Shown: positions 48,495 to 57,395 of the stretch, piece by piece
Position numbering within the stretch: the stretch's first letter is position 1
Layout of the letters: each line of letters starts with the position of its first letter
From: an uncultured bacterium
GTDB lineage: Bacteria; Patescibacteriota; Minisyncoccia; UBA6257; 2-01-FULL-56-20
DNA: 64,000 nt
Direction: 5' to 3'
Assembly (NCBI GenBank): GCA_963696395.1
Contig: CAVOJZ010000002.1
Span: forward strand, 720,619-784,618
Notes under the pieces: model-generated
What the model was told of the DNA's origin: nothing
Seen by the model: only the letters and a program-made list of their open reading frames with translations
Databases searched by the model: none
Made by a program: the position numbers and the translations under genes

Positions 48495-51400
48495 ATGACC
48501 GCTAAAAAATATTTCATTTTTCCCGCAGCTCTTGTGATGATGTTTGCTGTTTTTGTCCCCAGGGCGCATGCTGCGATCTCATTGGATGCGTCTTCAACGT
48601 TCGGATTTTCGAGCCGCGCAACAGCCACAACAACGGCAGTCGTCCACTCGGGCAGTAATGAAATCTTGCTTATGTGTGTCGCAGCCAATGCAGTTACTAT
48701 CACTCCTCCAACGGTGAATGGAACTCCGATGACGCTTCTATCATCAAGCACCCATTCCACCAAACAAGCCGCCTTGTTTTATCTCTCAAGTGCGCCTGTT
48801 GGAACCGACAACATCTCGAGCACTTTTTCAGGGGCATCTGCGGGAGGATTTGTTATTACTTCGCTATTTGGCGTTGCCTCAACGCCGGTTGATGTCACTT
48901 CCACGAACACTGGAACGAGTGCGAATCCTTCTTCTTCAATCACGACGACGGTGGCGAATGACTGGGTTGTTGATTGCAATGCCCACCCGAATACGAGCGC
49001 CACTACGGCGCATGGAGCCGGACAAAATGTTATTGGTCAAGATATCTCTTCGTCCGCAACGGAAGCAAATTCGAGCTATGTTACGTCAACGTCTCCAACA
49101 ACGATTGTGAACAGCTGGACCTATGCGGGGTCGCAGCTGTGGGTTTCAATACAGGCAGCGCTTGTGCCAAGTGGAGCTCCTGACGCCACTTCTGTTTCTA
49201 CGACGATGGGCGGCGACGGAGGGCGAAGCGGCGACAGCATAACTGTGTCTGGAGTCAATTTTGGTACCGTTGCAACGAGCAATGCAGCAACGTGCAACGG
49301 CGGGGCGGGAACCGGATGTGTTGAATTCATTACGGGCGGGACTGACATAGTGCCGAGTTCGAGCATCACCTCTTGGAGCAGTACGTCGATTGTTTTTACT
49401 ATTCCAGCGACATTAAAATCGAATGGAGGGGCGGCGGGTCTGCAGGTGTGGGCCGCGAATGCAAGCGACACGACGCCGCTCACATTCTATATTTATCCGA
49501 GGATTTCCACGGTCCTTTCAATCCAATCGAATGCCGCGCGCATTTATAACGCAGGCGATACCGACGGCGTCATCATGCTTTCCGGAGATCACTTTGGCAC
49601 CACAACAGGAACCTCAAGCATTCTTGGTTTTCTTGCCACCTTATACAACACGACCGGCGGTTCATGTTCCGTTGCGGGCTTCGCGTCAACAACGGCCTGT
49701 TTCGAAGTGCCTACCGGCATTGCGACGAATACCTATACCGGGAATATTATTTTGACCCGGGCGTCCGACAGCAAGCAGGCGTCAACAACCGCTAACTCAT
49801 TCAGTATCCTGCCAAGGATTTTAGCCGTGAATCCCGTGAGCACCTCAACGGGGAACATTGTGCAGATTATAGGCGACCATTTATGCCAATCAGGAACGTG
49901 CCCCCTGCTCCTGAATCGCTCAACGTCGACGACGAACGTTGCTTTTGGTTCGACGATCGCCCTTAATTCAGATTTTGTTTCGCAGACCGGCGGGTCGGGT
50001 GTGTGTAATGGCAGTGGTGCAGCCTGGCAAGACGGAGAGATCTGCGTTAAAGTTCCTGTCGCGGCAGCGACCGGCTCTGCGCCTATTGTGGTCACCTCAA
50101 ATATCAACACTTCCACGGCCGCATCATTTACCGTGACGCCGCCGGCGCCACCGGGGACGACGACGGCTCCAACCTACACCTCAGTGAGTTCGAATTCGCT
50201 GACAGTGAATTGGACGGCTGCTTCCGGTATGCCGACGTATTATAAAATCCAGCGGGCAACTTCAACGCAGGTGTTTGTTCAAATAGCCACAACGACTGCA
50301 ACTTCATCGCCTGACAGCGGCTTGTCGCAAGGTACCACTTATTACTATCGAATAGTGGCGACAAACGCCGGAGGCGATGGATCGCCGAGCGCGAGTTCGA
50401 GCGTCACCACATCGGCAGGAAACTCACCGCCAAATGCCCCGACGCTGGCCGCGCCCTCGAACGGTGCGCAAGGCGTGGCAACTTCGCCTGTTTTTCAGAT
50501 GACGGCCACCGATCCGGATGGTGACGCGATTCAATACGAGGTCGTTTTATATACCGACTCGGGATGCACGGCGACGTCGTCCATATACAACGAGAGTTCC
50601 ACCCAGAGTGGTTGGTCGGGGCAGAATGCCACATCGAGTTCGCAGGGGGATTCGTACCTGTCCGGTTCGCAAGGAACATACACATTACAGTCAACGCTTC
50701 CAACCGGAACCGTCTATTATTGGGCCGCAATGGCGAAAGACCCATTGGGCACGAATAGCTGGGGAGCCTCTTCTGCTTGCTACGGCTTTACGACTACTTC
50801 AGGCAAATGGACGGTAGATTCAGGGAATTGGAACATTAGCTCTGGAAGTCTGGGGGTGAGCTCAACCGCGTCAACGGTTCAACTGCATGTTACGGGAGCA
50901 AACTATGCCGATGCCGTTGTCGAATATCTCGCGGAAAGAGGGGGGATACTAACTAATGGAAAAATCGCGACAATTACCCACGCGAGTGGTACAAATAATT
51001 ACTCGTTTAATTATTTTTCTCAAGATTTTATCTCAAAAACCGACAATAATGTATCTACAACCATCGCTTCGTCATCCTATGGTTATAGCGGTGAGACCAC
51101 GTATGATTTTCGGCAGTCAGTTTCAAGCATCGGAGGATCTCAGACGTCACTTGCATCCTGGATTAATGGCGGAACGCCTCTTTCAAAGACTGATTCAAAT
51201 ACCGATCTTTCTGGTGCAGGCAGTGTCGGTTTAACGGTGAACGGGTCAAGTCTTTTTTCTTTCTCCGACTTCGCTATTTATAAAAGCACCGTTATTTCTG
51301 TGAGCGGTCTGCAGGATGGATCCTCTTGGGCGATTCTTGATTCACAAGGCAATAAAATTCTCGGATGCCAAACAGGAAGCTCTCTCGATCTTTCCACGTA

Positions 51401-51662
51401 TTCGGGCCAGATACCTATTGATTATGCCCGCGGTGGAGGAAGTATTGTTGCGTGGCTCGGCGCTTCAAATTGTCCAACAAGCGGAAGCGGTCCTAGCAGT
51501 AGTGTTAAAATTGCATATCCGTCCTCCGGTCTCGCAACTGATATCTTTGGAGGGGATTCGTATTCGATCAACGTTAACCCCGGTGGAACGGTCGTCGGGG
51601 GAGGGACGATTCTTGCAACGTCTTCGATCACGGTAAATTCCGCCGGTTCGGTGAGCTTCTGA
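48495..51662 (+). CDS. Large secreted adhesin-like protein (IPT/TIG, FN3, Ig, lectin-like C-terminal region)
   Basis: Sec signal ending AHA; G..ITVSG.NFG...SWS.T.I (IPT); GLSQGTTYYYRI.A.N.GG (FN3); DPDGD; ends with the pilin-like strand SSITVNSAGSVSF. Confidence 0.8.
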   Translation: MTAKKYFIFPAALVMMFAVFVPRAHAAISLDASSTFGFSSRATATTTAVVHSGSNEILLMCVAANAVTITPPTVNGTPMTLLSSSTHSTKQAALFYLSSAPVGTDNISSTFSGASAGGFVITSLFGVASTPVDVTSTNTGTSANPSSSITTTVANDWVVDCNAHPNTSATTAHGAGQNVIGQDISSSATEANSSYVTSTSPTTIVNSWTYAGSQLWVSIQAALVPSGAPDATSVSTTMGGDGGRSGDSITVSGVNFGTVATSNAATCNGGAGTGCVEFITGGTDIVPSSSITSWSSTSIVFTIPATLKSNGGAAGLQVWAANASDTTPLTFYIYPRISTVLSIQSNAARIYNAGDTDGVIMLSGDHFGTTTGTSSILGFLATLYNTTGGSCSVAGFASTTACFEVPTGIATNTYTGNIILTRASDSKQASTTANSFSILPRILAVNPVSTSTGNIVQIIGDHLCQSGTCPLLLNRSTSTTNVAFGSTIALNSDFVSQTGGSGVCNGSGAAWQDGEICVKVPVAAATGSAPIVVTSNINTSTAASFTVTPPAPPGTTTAPTYTSVSSNSLTVNWTAASGMPTYYKIQRATSTQVFVQIATTTATSSPDSGLSQGTTYYYRIVATNAGGDGSPSASSSVTTSAGNSPPNAPTLAAPSNGAQGVATSPVFQMTATDPDGDAIQYEVVLYTDSGCTATSSIYNESSTQSGWSGQNATSSSQGDSYLSGSQGTYTLQSTLPTGTVYYWAAMAKDPLGTNSWGASSACYGFTTTSGKWTVDSGNWNISSGSLGVSSTASTVQLHVTGANYADAVVEYLAERGGILTNGKIATITHASGTNNYSFNYFSQDFISKTDNNVSTTIASSSYGYSGETTYDFRQSVSSIGGSQTSLASWINGGTPLSKTDSNTDLSGAGSVGLTVNGSSLFSFSDFAIYKSTVISVSGLQDGSSWAILDSQGNKILGCQTGSSLDLSTYSGQIPIDYARGGGSIVAWLGASNCPTSGSGPSSSVKIAYPSSGLATDIFGGDSYSINVNPGGTVVGGGTILATSSITVNSAGSVSF

Positions 51663-51684
51663 TTCGCTGTGGTAAACTGAACAA

Positions 51685-52338
51685 ATGGAACGGTTTGCAT
51701 CAGAAAAAGCCCAATCGCTCATCGAGGTCTTAATCGGAATTGCGCTCGGCGCACTCTTTGTTATTGGGACCGCCACCATTATCGCGCCTTCCTTGCAAAC
51801 CAATACCGGCGTTATTCAGGTACAGGTTCGTGCTCAGCTTGCAAACGAGCTTGCGGGAAACGTGAGGAGCTGGGCCGCCGGGAATTGGAACAGCGTGCTG
51901 AGTCTCGCTACGGGCACATCGAGAAACTATTATCTGGGTACTGCGACGTCATCGTTTTCCGTTGCGAGCGGAACCGAGCTAATCACCATAAATTCGCAAG
52001 CTTACAATCGTTTTTTTTACGTGAATGACGTATATCGCGATTCGAATGGGAATGTCACGACAACGATAAGCGGCAATAGCTACGATCCTTCGACAAAACT
52101 AATTTCGATTTTCGTTGCCGCCTCAAGTACGCAGCTGTCGGCATCCACGAGCATAGCCATTTACGTCACACGCAATACTGACAATATTATGAATCAAACG
52201 AGCTGGGCCGGTTCGTCGAGCCAAAATAGTGCGGTGACCATGATTGGCACGGGATTTGCAACTTCAAGCAATATTTCAATAACCGCAAGCGGATCTCTCC
52301 AGCTTGCACCGCCGCCCGGTGGCGCCTGCGTACTATGA
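51685..52338 (+). CDS. Type IV pilin-like protein (minor pilin)
   Basis: KA-QSLIEVLIGIAL prepilin-like N-terminus; YNRFFYV.DVYRD, DPSTK, QTSW.G. Confidence 0.82.
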   Translation: MERFASEKAQSLIEVLIGIALGALFVIGTATIIAPSLQTNTGVIQVQVRAQLANELAGNVRSWAAGNWNSVLSLATGTSRNYYLGTATSSFSVASGTELITINSQAYNRFFYVNDVYRDSNGNVTTTISGNSYDPSTKLISIFVAASSTQLSASTSIAIYVTRNTDNIMNQTSWAGSSSQNSAVTMIGTGFATSSNISITASGSLQLAPPPGGACVL

Positions 52339-54599
52339 CCATAAAAAAAATAACATTTGCAATAGTGTTTTTATCGGGACTCGCGTTGTCGGGCGGAATT
52401 TCTCGCGCCGCAACTATAACGTGGACCGCAGGAGGTGCAGGCACTTGGGCGAGTTCAACGAACTGGACGCCGGCTGTCGTCCCGACGTCAACCGACGTGG
52501 TTATTTTTTCTGGTTCAAGCACGCAAAATTGTACTATTAATACGCCGGCTATCGTCACCGGAATAACCATTACTTCCGCCTATTCAGGCACTATAATTCA
52601 AGGTCCCGGGCAGGCTATCACGGTCGGCAGCTCCGGATATTCGCAGGCGTCAGGTACTTTTTCCGGAGCTTCATCGCCGATCACCATAAACGGGCCATTT
52701 ACATTGGGCGCCGGTTCGACGTTCCAGAGTACGTCAAATAAACTCACCCTTGACGCATCGTCAACGTTTTCCGGGACTTTCCAAAATAATTCGAGCACTG
52801 TTGTTTTTAATGCGACATCGTCCGGTGCGACAATCACCGGATCGTTAACTTTGTACAATCTTCAGTTTGGCGACGGAACGGGTGGTAATAATATTTTGAC
52901 CATCCCCGCCGGGACGGTACTCACGGCCCAGAATTATCTTTATATGGACACAAATTCGACTGCGATTCAGTTGCTTGGGGGAGGACAAGTAAAAGTCAAC
53001 GGCAATATCGAAGCAGGATATCTGCCGACGTACGCAACCGGCACTGTCGGTATTTTCGTAAACGGTTCGTCCAGCCAGATAATCGGGGACGATTCGGTAG
53101 CCAATCACGGCGCGGGTGATTCCTTGTTTCTTCCGAGCCTCACGGTTTCAAATAGCGGGACGGTGGCGTATGTTGAGGGGACGGTAGTTATAACGGGAAG
53201 TTCGACTATTTCACAGGGAGAATTGGGTCTCGCCACCGGTACTTCTCCGACTTCATTTGAGGTTGACGGAACGCTTACAATTGGTTTTAGCGGGGTGCTT
53301 TCGGATTATCCGGTCACAACCTCAACCATAAAACTTGGATCCTCAGTGTCGAATTCCGGCCTTGTGTGGTTTGATGGGGGAGGCCAGGGATGCCCCGTGA
53401 CAACGCCGAATTACGTTGTCATAAATTCGACAACAACCGGCCAGCAGGTTCCGTGGTCTGTGGGCGGATTGGGAAACTTTGTCATGCGGTACGTGAGCGT
53501 GAAAGACCAAACCGGCACGGCGTCGATATCGGACATCAACGGATCCTTTTCGAACGTGGGAGGCGGTTGGAATCTCATAACCGGCGCGCCGGAAATTCAG
53601 CTTGTACAGACGTCAACTGCGCAGGGTATTAATTCTCCGTTGCAGGTAAATCAATCATTCAATTTTCGTCCGCGAGCCGGCGATCTCATTCTCGTTGCAA
53701 TCTCCGGTAAAGGAATTGGCCTTGTGATCTCGGCTCCAACAGACACCTATAACAATACGTACCAACTGATTGCATCTACCACTTTCGCCGATTTATACCA
53801 TAATTTATCGCTTTATTATGCGCGGGATATTATGAGCGGCGGCGGAAATTTTATTATAGGGACGGGAGGAACGGCGACGTCGGGCAATATAAGTCTTAGC
53901 ATTGCTGTGTATGATTATACCGGGGTTGCGCCATCGTCAACGTTCGATACGTCAAGCGTGAACGACGGCACTATTACAACGAGTACGCCGACATATACAT
54001 CGCTTTCCGCGAATGGATCATCTCCAAATGAGTTGTACTTCGGCATCGCGAGTAACATCAATACGACAACACCGGTAACCTCCACGCCGGGCTGGGCCCA
54101 GGAAGCCGGTTTTTATTATCCACAAGCTGGCACCCCTCTCTATGCCGAGGATTTTTCAACCTCGACTATTATTTCGACATCAGCGCAATGGACGGCCGTA
54201 ACATCGACCCAATATGCCGCTATCATCGGTATTTTCCGTGCCCCTTATCGGGAACTGTATCAACCGAGTGGCAGTTTGGATTCGCAAACATTCGATACCG
54301 GCGTCGCTTCCGGTTCGCAGATTAACTCAATTTTATGGCAGGGGACAGCGCCGGCGAATTCAAAGGTTGAGTTTCAGTTTGCCGGCAGCTCTTCGTCAAG
54401 CGGTCCGTGGACCTATTATGGTCCCGGCGGAAGCACGGCAACCTATTATGGCCCTGCGACACCCGGAGTTTTGCAAAGTGTTGATTATAATCTGTTCAGC
54501 GGCTCTCGTTTTTTCCGCTATCGAATATACCTTTTTGCAGACACAACGTATCAATATACCCCAACCGTTAACCAGGTAACGGTAAACTGGAGCCCGTAA
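52335..54599 (+). CDS. Secreted adhesin-like protein, translationally coupled to the pilin
   Basis: Signal peptide; W..GG...W....NW....VP...D.VIF N-terminus; beta-helix-like region; C-terminal SGSLDS..FDTG...NSI.W.G...RFFRYRI...NWSP. Confidence 0.78.
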   Translation: MTIKKITFAIVFLSGLALSGGISRAATITWTAGGAGTWASSTNWTPAVVPTSTDVVIFSGSSTQNCTINTPAIVTGITITSAYSGTIIQGPGQAITVGSSGYSQASGTFSGASSPITINGPFTLGAGSTFQSTSNKLTLDASSTFSGTFQNNSSTVVFNATSSGATITGSLTLYNLQFGDGTGGNNILTIPAGTVLTAQNYLYMDTNSTAIQLLGGGQVKVNGNIEAGYLPTYATGTVGIFVNGSSSQIIGDDSVANHGAGDSLFLPSLTVSNSGTVAYVEGTVVITGSSTISQGELGLATGTSPTSFEVDGTLTIGFSGVLSDYPVTTSTIKLGSSVSNSGLVWFDGGGQGCPVTTPNYVVINSTTTGQQVPWSVGGLGNFVMRYVSVKDQTGTASISDINGSFSNVGGGWNLITGAPEIQLVQTSTAQGINSPLQVNQSFNFRPRAGDLILVAISGKGIGLVISAPTDTYNNTYQLIASTTFADLYHNLSLYYARDIMSGGGNFIIGTGGTATSGNISLSIAVYDYTGVAPSSTFDTSSVNDGTITTSTPTYTSLSANGSSPNELYFGIASNINTTTPVTSTPGWAQEAGFYYPQAGTPLYAEDFSTSTIISTSAQWTAVTSTQYAAIIGIFRAPYRELYQPSGSLDSQTFDTGVASGSQINSILWQGTAPANSKVEFQFAGSSSSSGPWTYYGPGGSTATYYGPATPGVLQSVDYNLFSGSRFFRYRIYLFADTTYQYTPTVNQVTVNWSP

Positions 54600-54636
54600 T
54601 AAAAAACCGCCCGGTGGGGTGGGGCGGTTTTTATTA
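54598..54636. terminator. Bidirectional terminator
   Basis: aataaaaaaccgccc-ggtggggtg-gggcggtttttatt. Confidence 0.85.
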
Positions 54637-54652
54637 TCATTGCAGAATCAGG

Positions 54653-56092
54653 CTATTTAAGCTGAAGATACGGTTCGAGATAATCGACAGCAATGCCGCC
54701 GAACGATTTATCTGAAGCAAATGATTGCTTGACAATGGCAACCTGCGCCGCCATCTGTTCTTTTGTCATGCCATAAAAAGTGACATAACTTGGCTGAACA
54801 TTTCCGGTTTCTTGGCCGACAATTACGTCAACGTTACTTGATCCTGCCGCCTGAATTTCAGGCGCGGCAATTTCAATCGTCCCGTCGGAGCCGCTCGCAA
54901 AGTTGCGGTAAGCCATAACGAGCAGGCGTCCATACGGAAGTTCGTTCAAAAGCCTCACGAGATGATTCAATGGATACGTTGTAATGCCGTCAACGGTAAC
55001 TTGCGGAGCATGGGCATATGCAGAATAGAAGAATGGGATATCAAAGCCGAGCGGCATACCATAATTCTTATCCTGGTTCACGAGCGATTCCGCCATCTGT
55101 ACGTAATCTGTGAGGACTCCGGCAGGATCTTGTGTGTATTGCGGCAAGCTGTAAGGTTCGATGTCAAACTGTACGCCGCGGAATTTTATCGTGTGCGTCT
55201 GATTGTAGTTCGCGACAAATGTAATGATATTCTGGGGGTTCGACCAATTACCGGGAAGAGCCCAGCTGCTGGCTCCTGCCTCGGCGTCAACCGCAATATT
55301 TTCAATCGCGGCGTCTGTGAGGAAGGTGTTCAGTGAGGCTTCGTAGTTTGAGAGTTGCGCACCGCTCAAATTAAGAGACGAATCAACCGTCAGGTAAATG
55401 ACATTGAATCCATTTGCGGCCGCATTGTTTACGATTTGTTGCGCCGTAGCCTGCGACATGCCGTATGCGGAGGTCCATTCCCATACGCCATTTTCTGCAG
55501 GAATCGAGACCGGAGGCTGTTTTACGGATTGAGACTGTTGGGGCGCTTGAGCCTGGGTTTGCGTTTGAGCGGGTGCAGCTTGGACCGCCGCCGCCTGCGT
55601 TACGATGACCGGTGCTGTTTGCGATGTTACGCCTGATGCGTCACTGCAGGCATCAGCGCCATTATCTGCGGCAAGGCATGCTTCGTCGGGTGTCTGCCCG
55701 GTGAGGAGCGGTGCGTTGCGTGAGGTTGCAAGAGAGATATCTTCAATTCCTTTCGGCGGAAGGCTGCCCAGCCGCCAATAGTAGCCATCGGCAGCTGCCG
55801 CCGGAGATGCCGAACCAAAATGTTCATTGGCTGCGTAGTAGACGGAGATGCTTGCATTGGTGCACATCTCCGTCCCCAGATTTTTGGCCGTGAGGAGATA
55901 AGTTATGGTGCCTCCTTGCGAAGTATCACCGCTTGTTTTTAGAAACTGCAGATTGAGGGAACATGATCCCGATGCGGCCGAAGCACTTGCGATCGGGGGA
56001 ATTTGCGATAGGGGAACGTGAGCGAAGAAAGAAGCTGATATACCGACGACTCCGATAAGGAGCACGGCTCCAGCCACTTTGCTGAATTTCAT
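54653..56092 (-). CDS. Exported TIM-barrel glycoside-hydrolase-like protein (paralog B)
   Basis: Same Ig domain (AKNLG..C..ASISVYYA.NE, ADGYYW.LGSL) and barrel motifs as paralog A. Start at MKFSKV. Confidence 0.72.
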   Translation of the reverse strand: MKFSKVAGAVLLIGVVGISASFFAHVPLSQIPPIASASAASGSCSLNLQFLKTSGDTSQGGTITYLLTAKNLGTEMCTNASISVYYAANEHFGSASPAAAADGYYWRLGSLPPKGIEDISLATSRNAPLLTGQTPDEACLAADNGADACSDASGVTSQTAPVIVTQAAAVQAAPAQTQTQAQAPQQSQSVKQPPVSIPAENGVWEWTSAYGMSQATAQQIVNNAAANGFNVIYLTVDSSLNLSGAQLSNYEASLNTFLTDAAIENIAVDAEAGASSWALPGNWSNPQNIITFVANYNQTHTIKFRGVQFDIEPYSLPQYTQDPAGVLTDYVQMAESLVNQDKNYGMPLGFDIPFFYSAYAHAPQVTVDGITTYPLNHLVRLLNELPYGRLLVMAYRNFASGSDGTIEIAAPEIQAAGSSNVDVIVGQETGNVQPSYVTFYGMTKEQMAAQVAIVKQSFASDKSFGGIAVDYLEPYLQLK

Positions 56093-56387
56093 GAGGTTCT
56101 GGTGGATTTTGTGAGTTCGTAAGCCGGGCGCTGCGTCCTCACTCGACAAGAGAGGCGGTTCTCTTTAAAGATCTTAAAGAGATCCAAGCGCGGGGCTGGC
56201 CAGACCGATCTTACATGGTATGTAAATTTAATTTTATATTGCGCAGGCGGTTATCACGCAAAGCAAATAACTCGACGAAAGTTAAGAAAGCGAGTTTTCA
56301 CCTGACGTTCCTTACTACAGCAGGCGACCTGTGGATATTTCAGATCTGAATTCGGCATCGCCGCAGAATGCTCTATAATTGATTAAA

Positions 56388-57395
56388 ATGCATAAAGACC
56401 GGTTTTATCTGATAGGTGCCGTCGCTTTTTTCGCGATAATGATTTTAGTTCTTATCAAGCCAGGCGCTTCTTCGCCGAAAGCTTTCACGGTTTCTCCGAA
56501 TAAGGAAATTGGCGCATGGATATGGGATCCGGTGGATCAAATGTCCACATCAACCATGGCTCAGCTCGTGGACGCGGCTGCTGCGAATCATTTTAATGCC
56601 CTATATCTTTCGATTGATGATTATTTGTCATTCGAAACCATGGCGCCCGGCGTGGAACGGCAAGCCGCTCTGCAAAACCTCTCCACCTCCATTTATAATT
56701 TTATTTCGCTCGCGCACCAAAAAAATATTTCCGTTGACGCCGAGGCGGGGGAAACGGATTGGGGCGAACCCCAAAATTACAAATACGCCGAGGATATTTT
56801 CAATTTTGTTTCATCGTTTAATGTGGCGCATGATGGCAAGTTCCGCGGGGTCCAATACGATGTTGAATCATACAGTTTGCCGCAATATGGAAGTGACCCG
56901 GTGACGGTGCTAACGCAATACGTCGGGCTTGTTTCTGACCTCGTCGCCCGCGACAATGCACTTGCTTCGCCAGCGCCAATTCCGCTCACGATGATCGTTC
57001 CGTACTTTTATACCGCCGAGAATGGCTCAACGTCACCAATCACCGTGAACGGCGTGAGCGATTACGCGTATGGACAGATCGTTCGCGCGCTGAATGCCTT
57101 GCCGCGCGGCGACGGCCGCGTGATGGTGCTCGCATACCGAAATACAGCCACCGGTTCCGATGGATCGGTCGCGCTCGCCCGTCCGGAAGTGCAAGTCGCG
57201 GGCGGAACCAATGTTTCCGTGGTGATTGCCCAGGAAACCGGCAATGTTCAGCCTGGTTCAATTACCTTCTATGGAATGCCAAAGACAAGTCTCTTTTCTT
57301 CAATTCAACAGATTGATAGCGCGTTTTCTTCCGAAACGGCCTATGGTGGCGTTGCCGTTGACTACCTGAATTCGTTTCTCGCTATGGGTGGATAA
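56388..57395 (+). CDS. Exported TIM-barrel glycoside-hydrolase-like protein (paralog C, no Ig domain)
   Basis: TM, GAWIW, FNALY, VDAEAG, FRGVQYDVESY, VLAYRN, QETG, YGGVAVDYL. Confidence 0.72.
   Translation: MHKDRFYLIGAVAFFAIMILVLIKPGASSPKAFTVSPNKEIGAWIWDPVDQMSTSTMAQLVDAAAANHFNALYLSIDDYLSFETMAPGVERQAALQNLSTSIYNFISLAHQKNISVDAEAGETDWGEPQNYKYAEDIFNFVSSFNVAHDGKFRGVQYDVESYSLPQYGSDPVTVLTQYVGLVSDLVARDNALASPAPIPLTMIVPYFYTAENGSTSPITVNGVSDYAYGQIVRALNALPRGDGRVMVLAYRNTATGSDGSVALARPEVQVAGGTNVSVVIAQETGNVQPGSITFYGMPKTSLFSSIQQIDSAFSSETAYGGVAVDYLNSFLAMGG

Noticed and set aside
47920-50810. Mobile element or intron causing the pilin split
   Set aside because: No terminal direct or inverted repeats at the inferred junctions, and no recombinase, transposase or intron features; the intervening DNA encodes surface proteins.
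56110-56160. Canonical c-di-GMP-I riboswitch (minus strand GAGGACGCAGCGCCCGGC resembles GGGACGCAAAGCC)
   Set aside because: Lacks the GCAAA...GNRA tetraloop stem and receptor; kept only as an unclassified structured leader.
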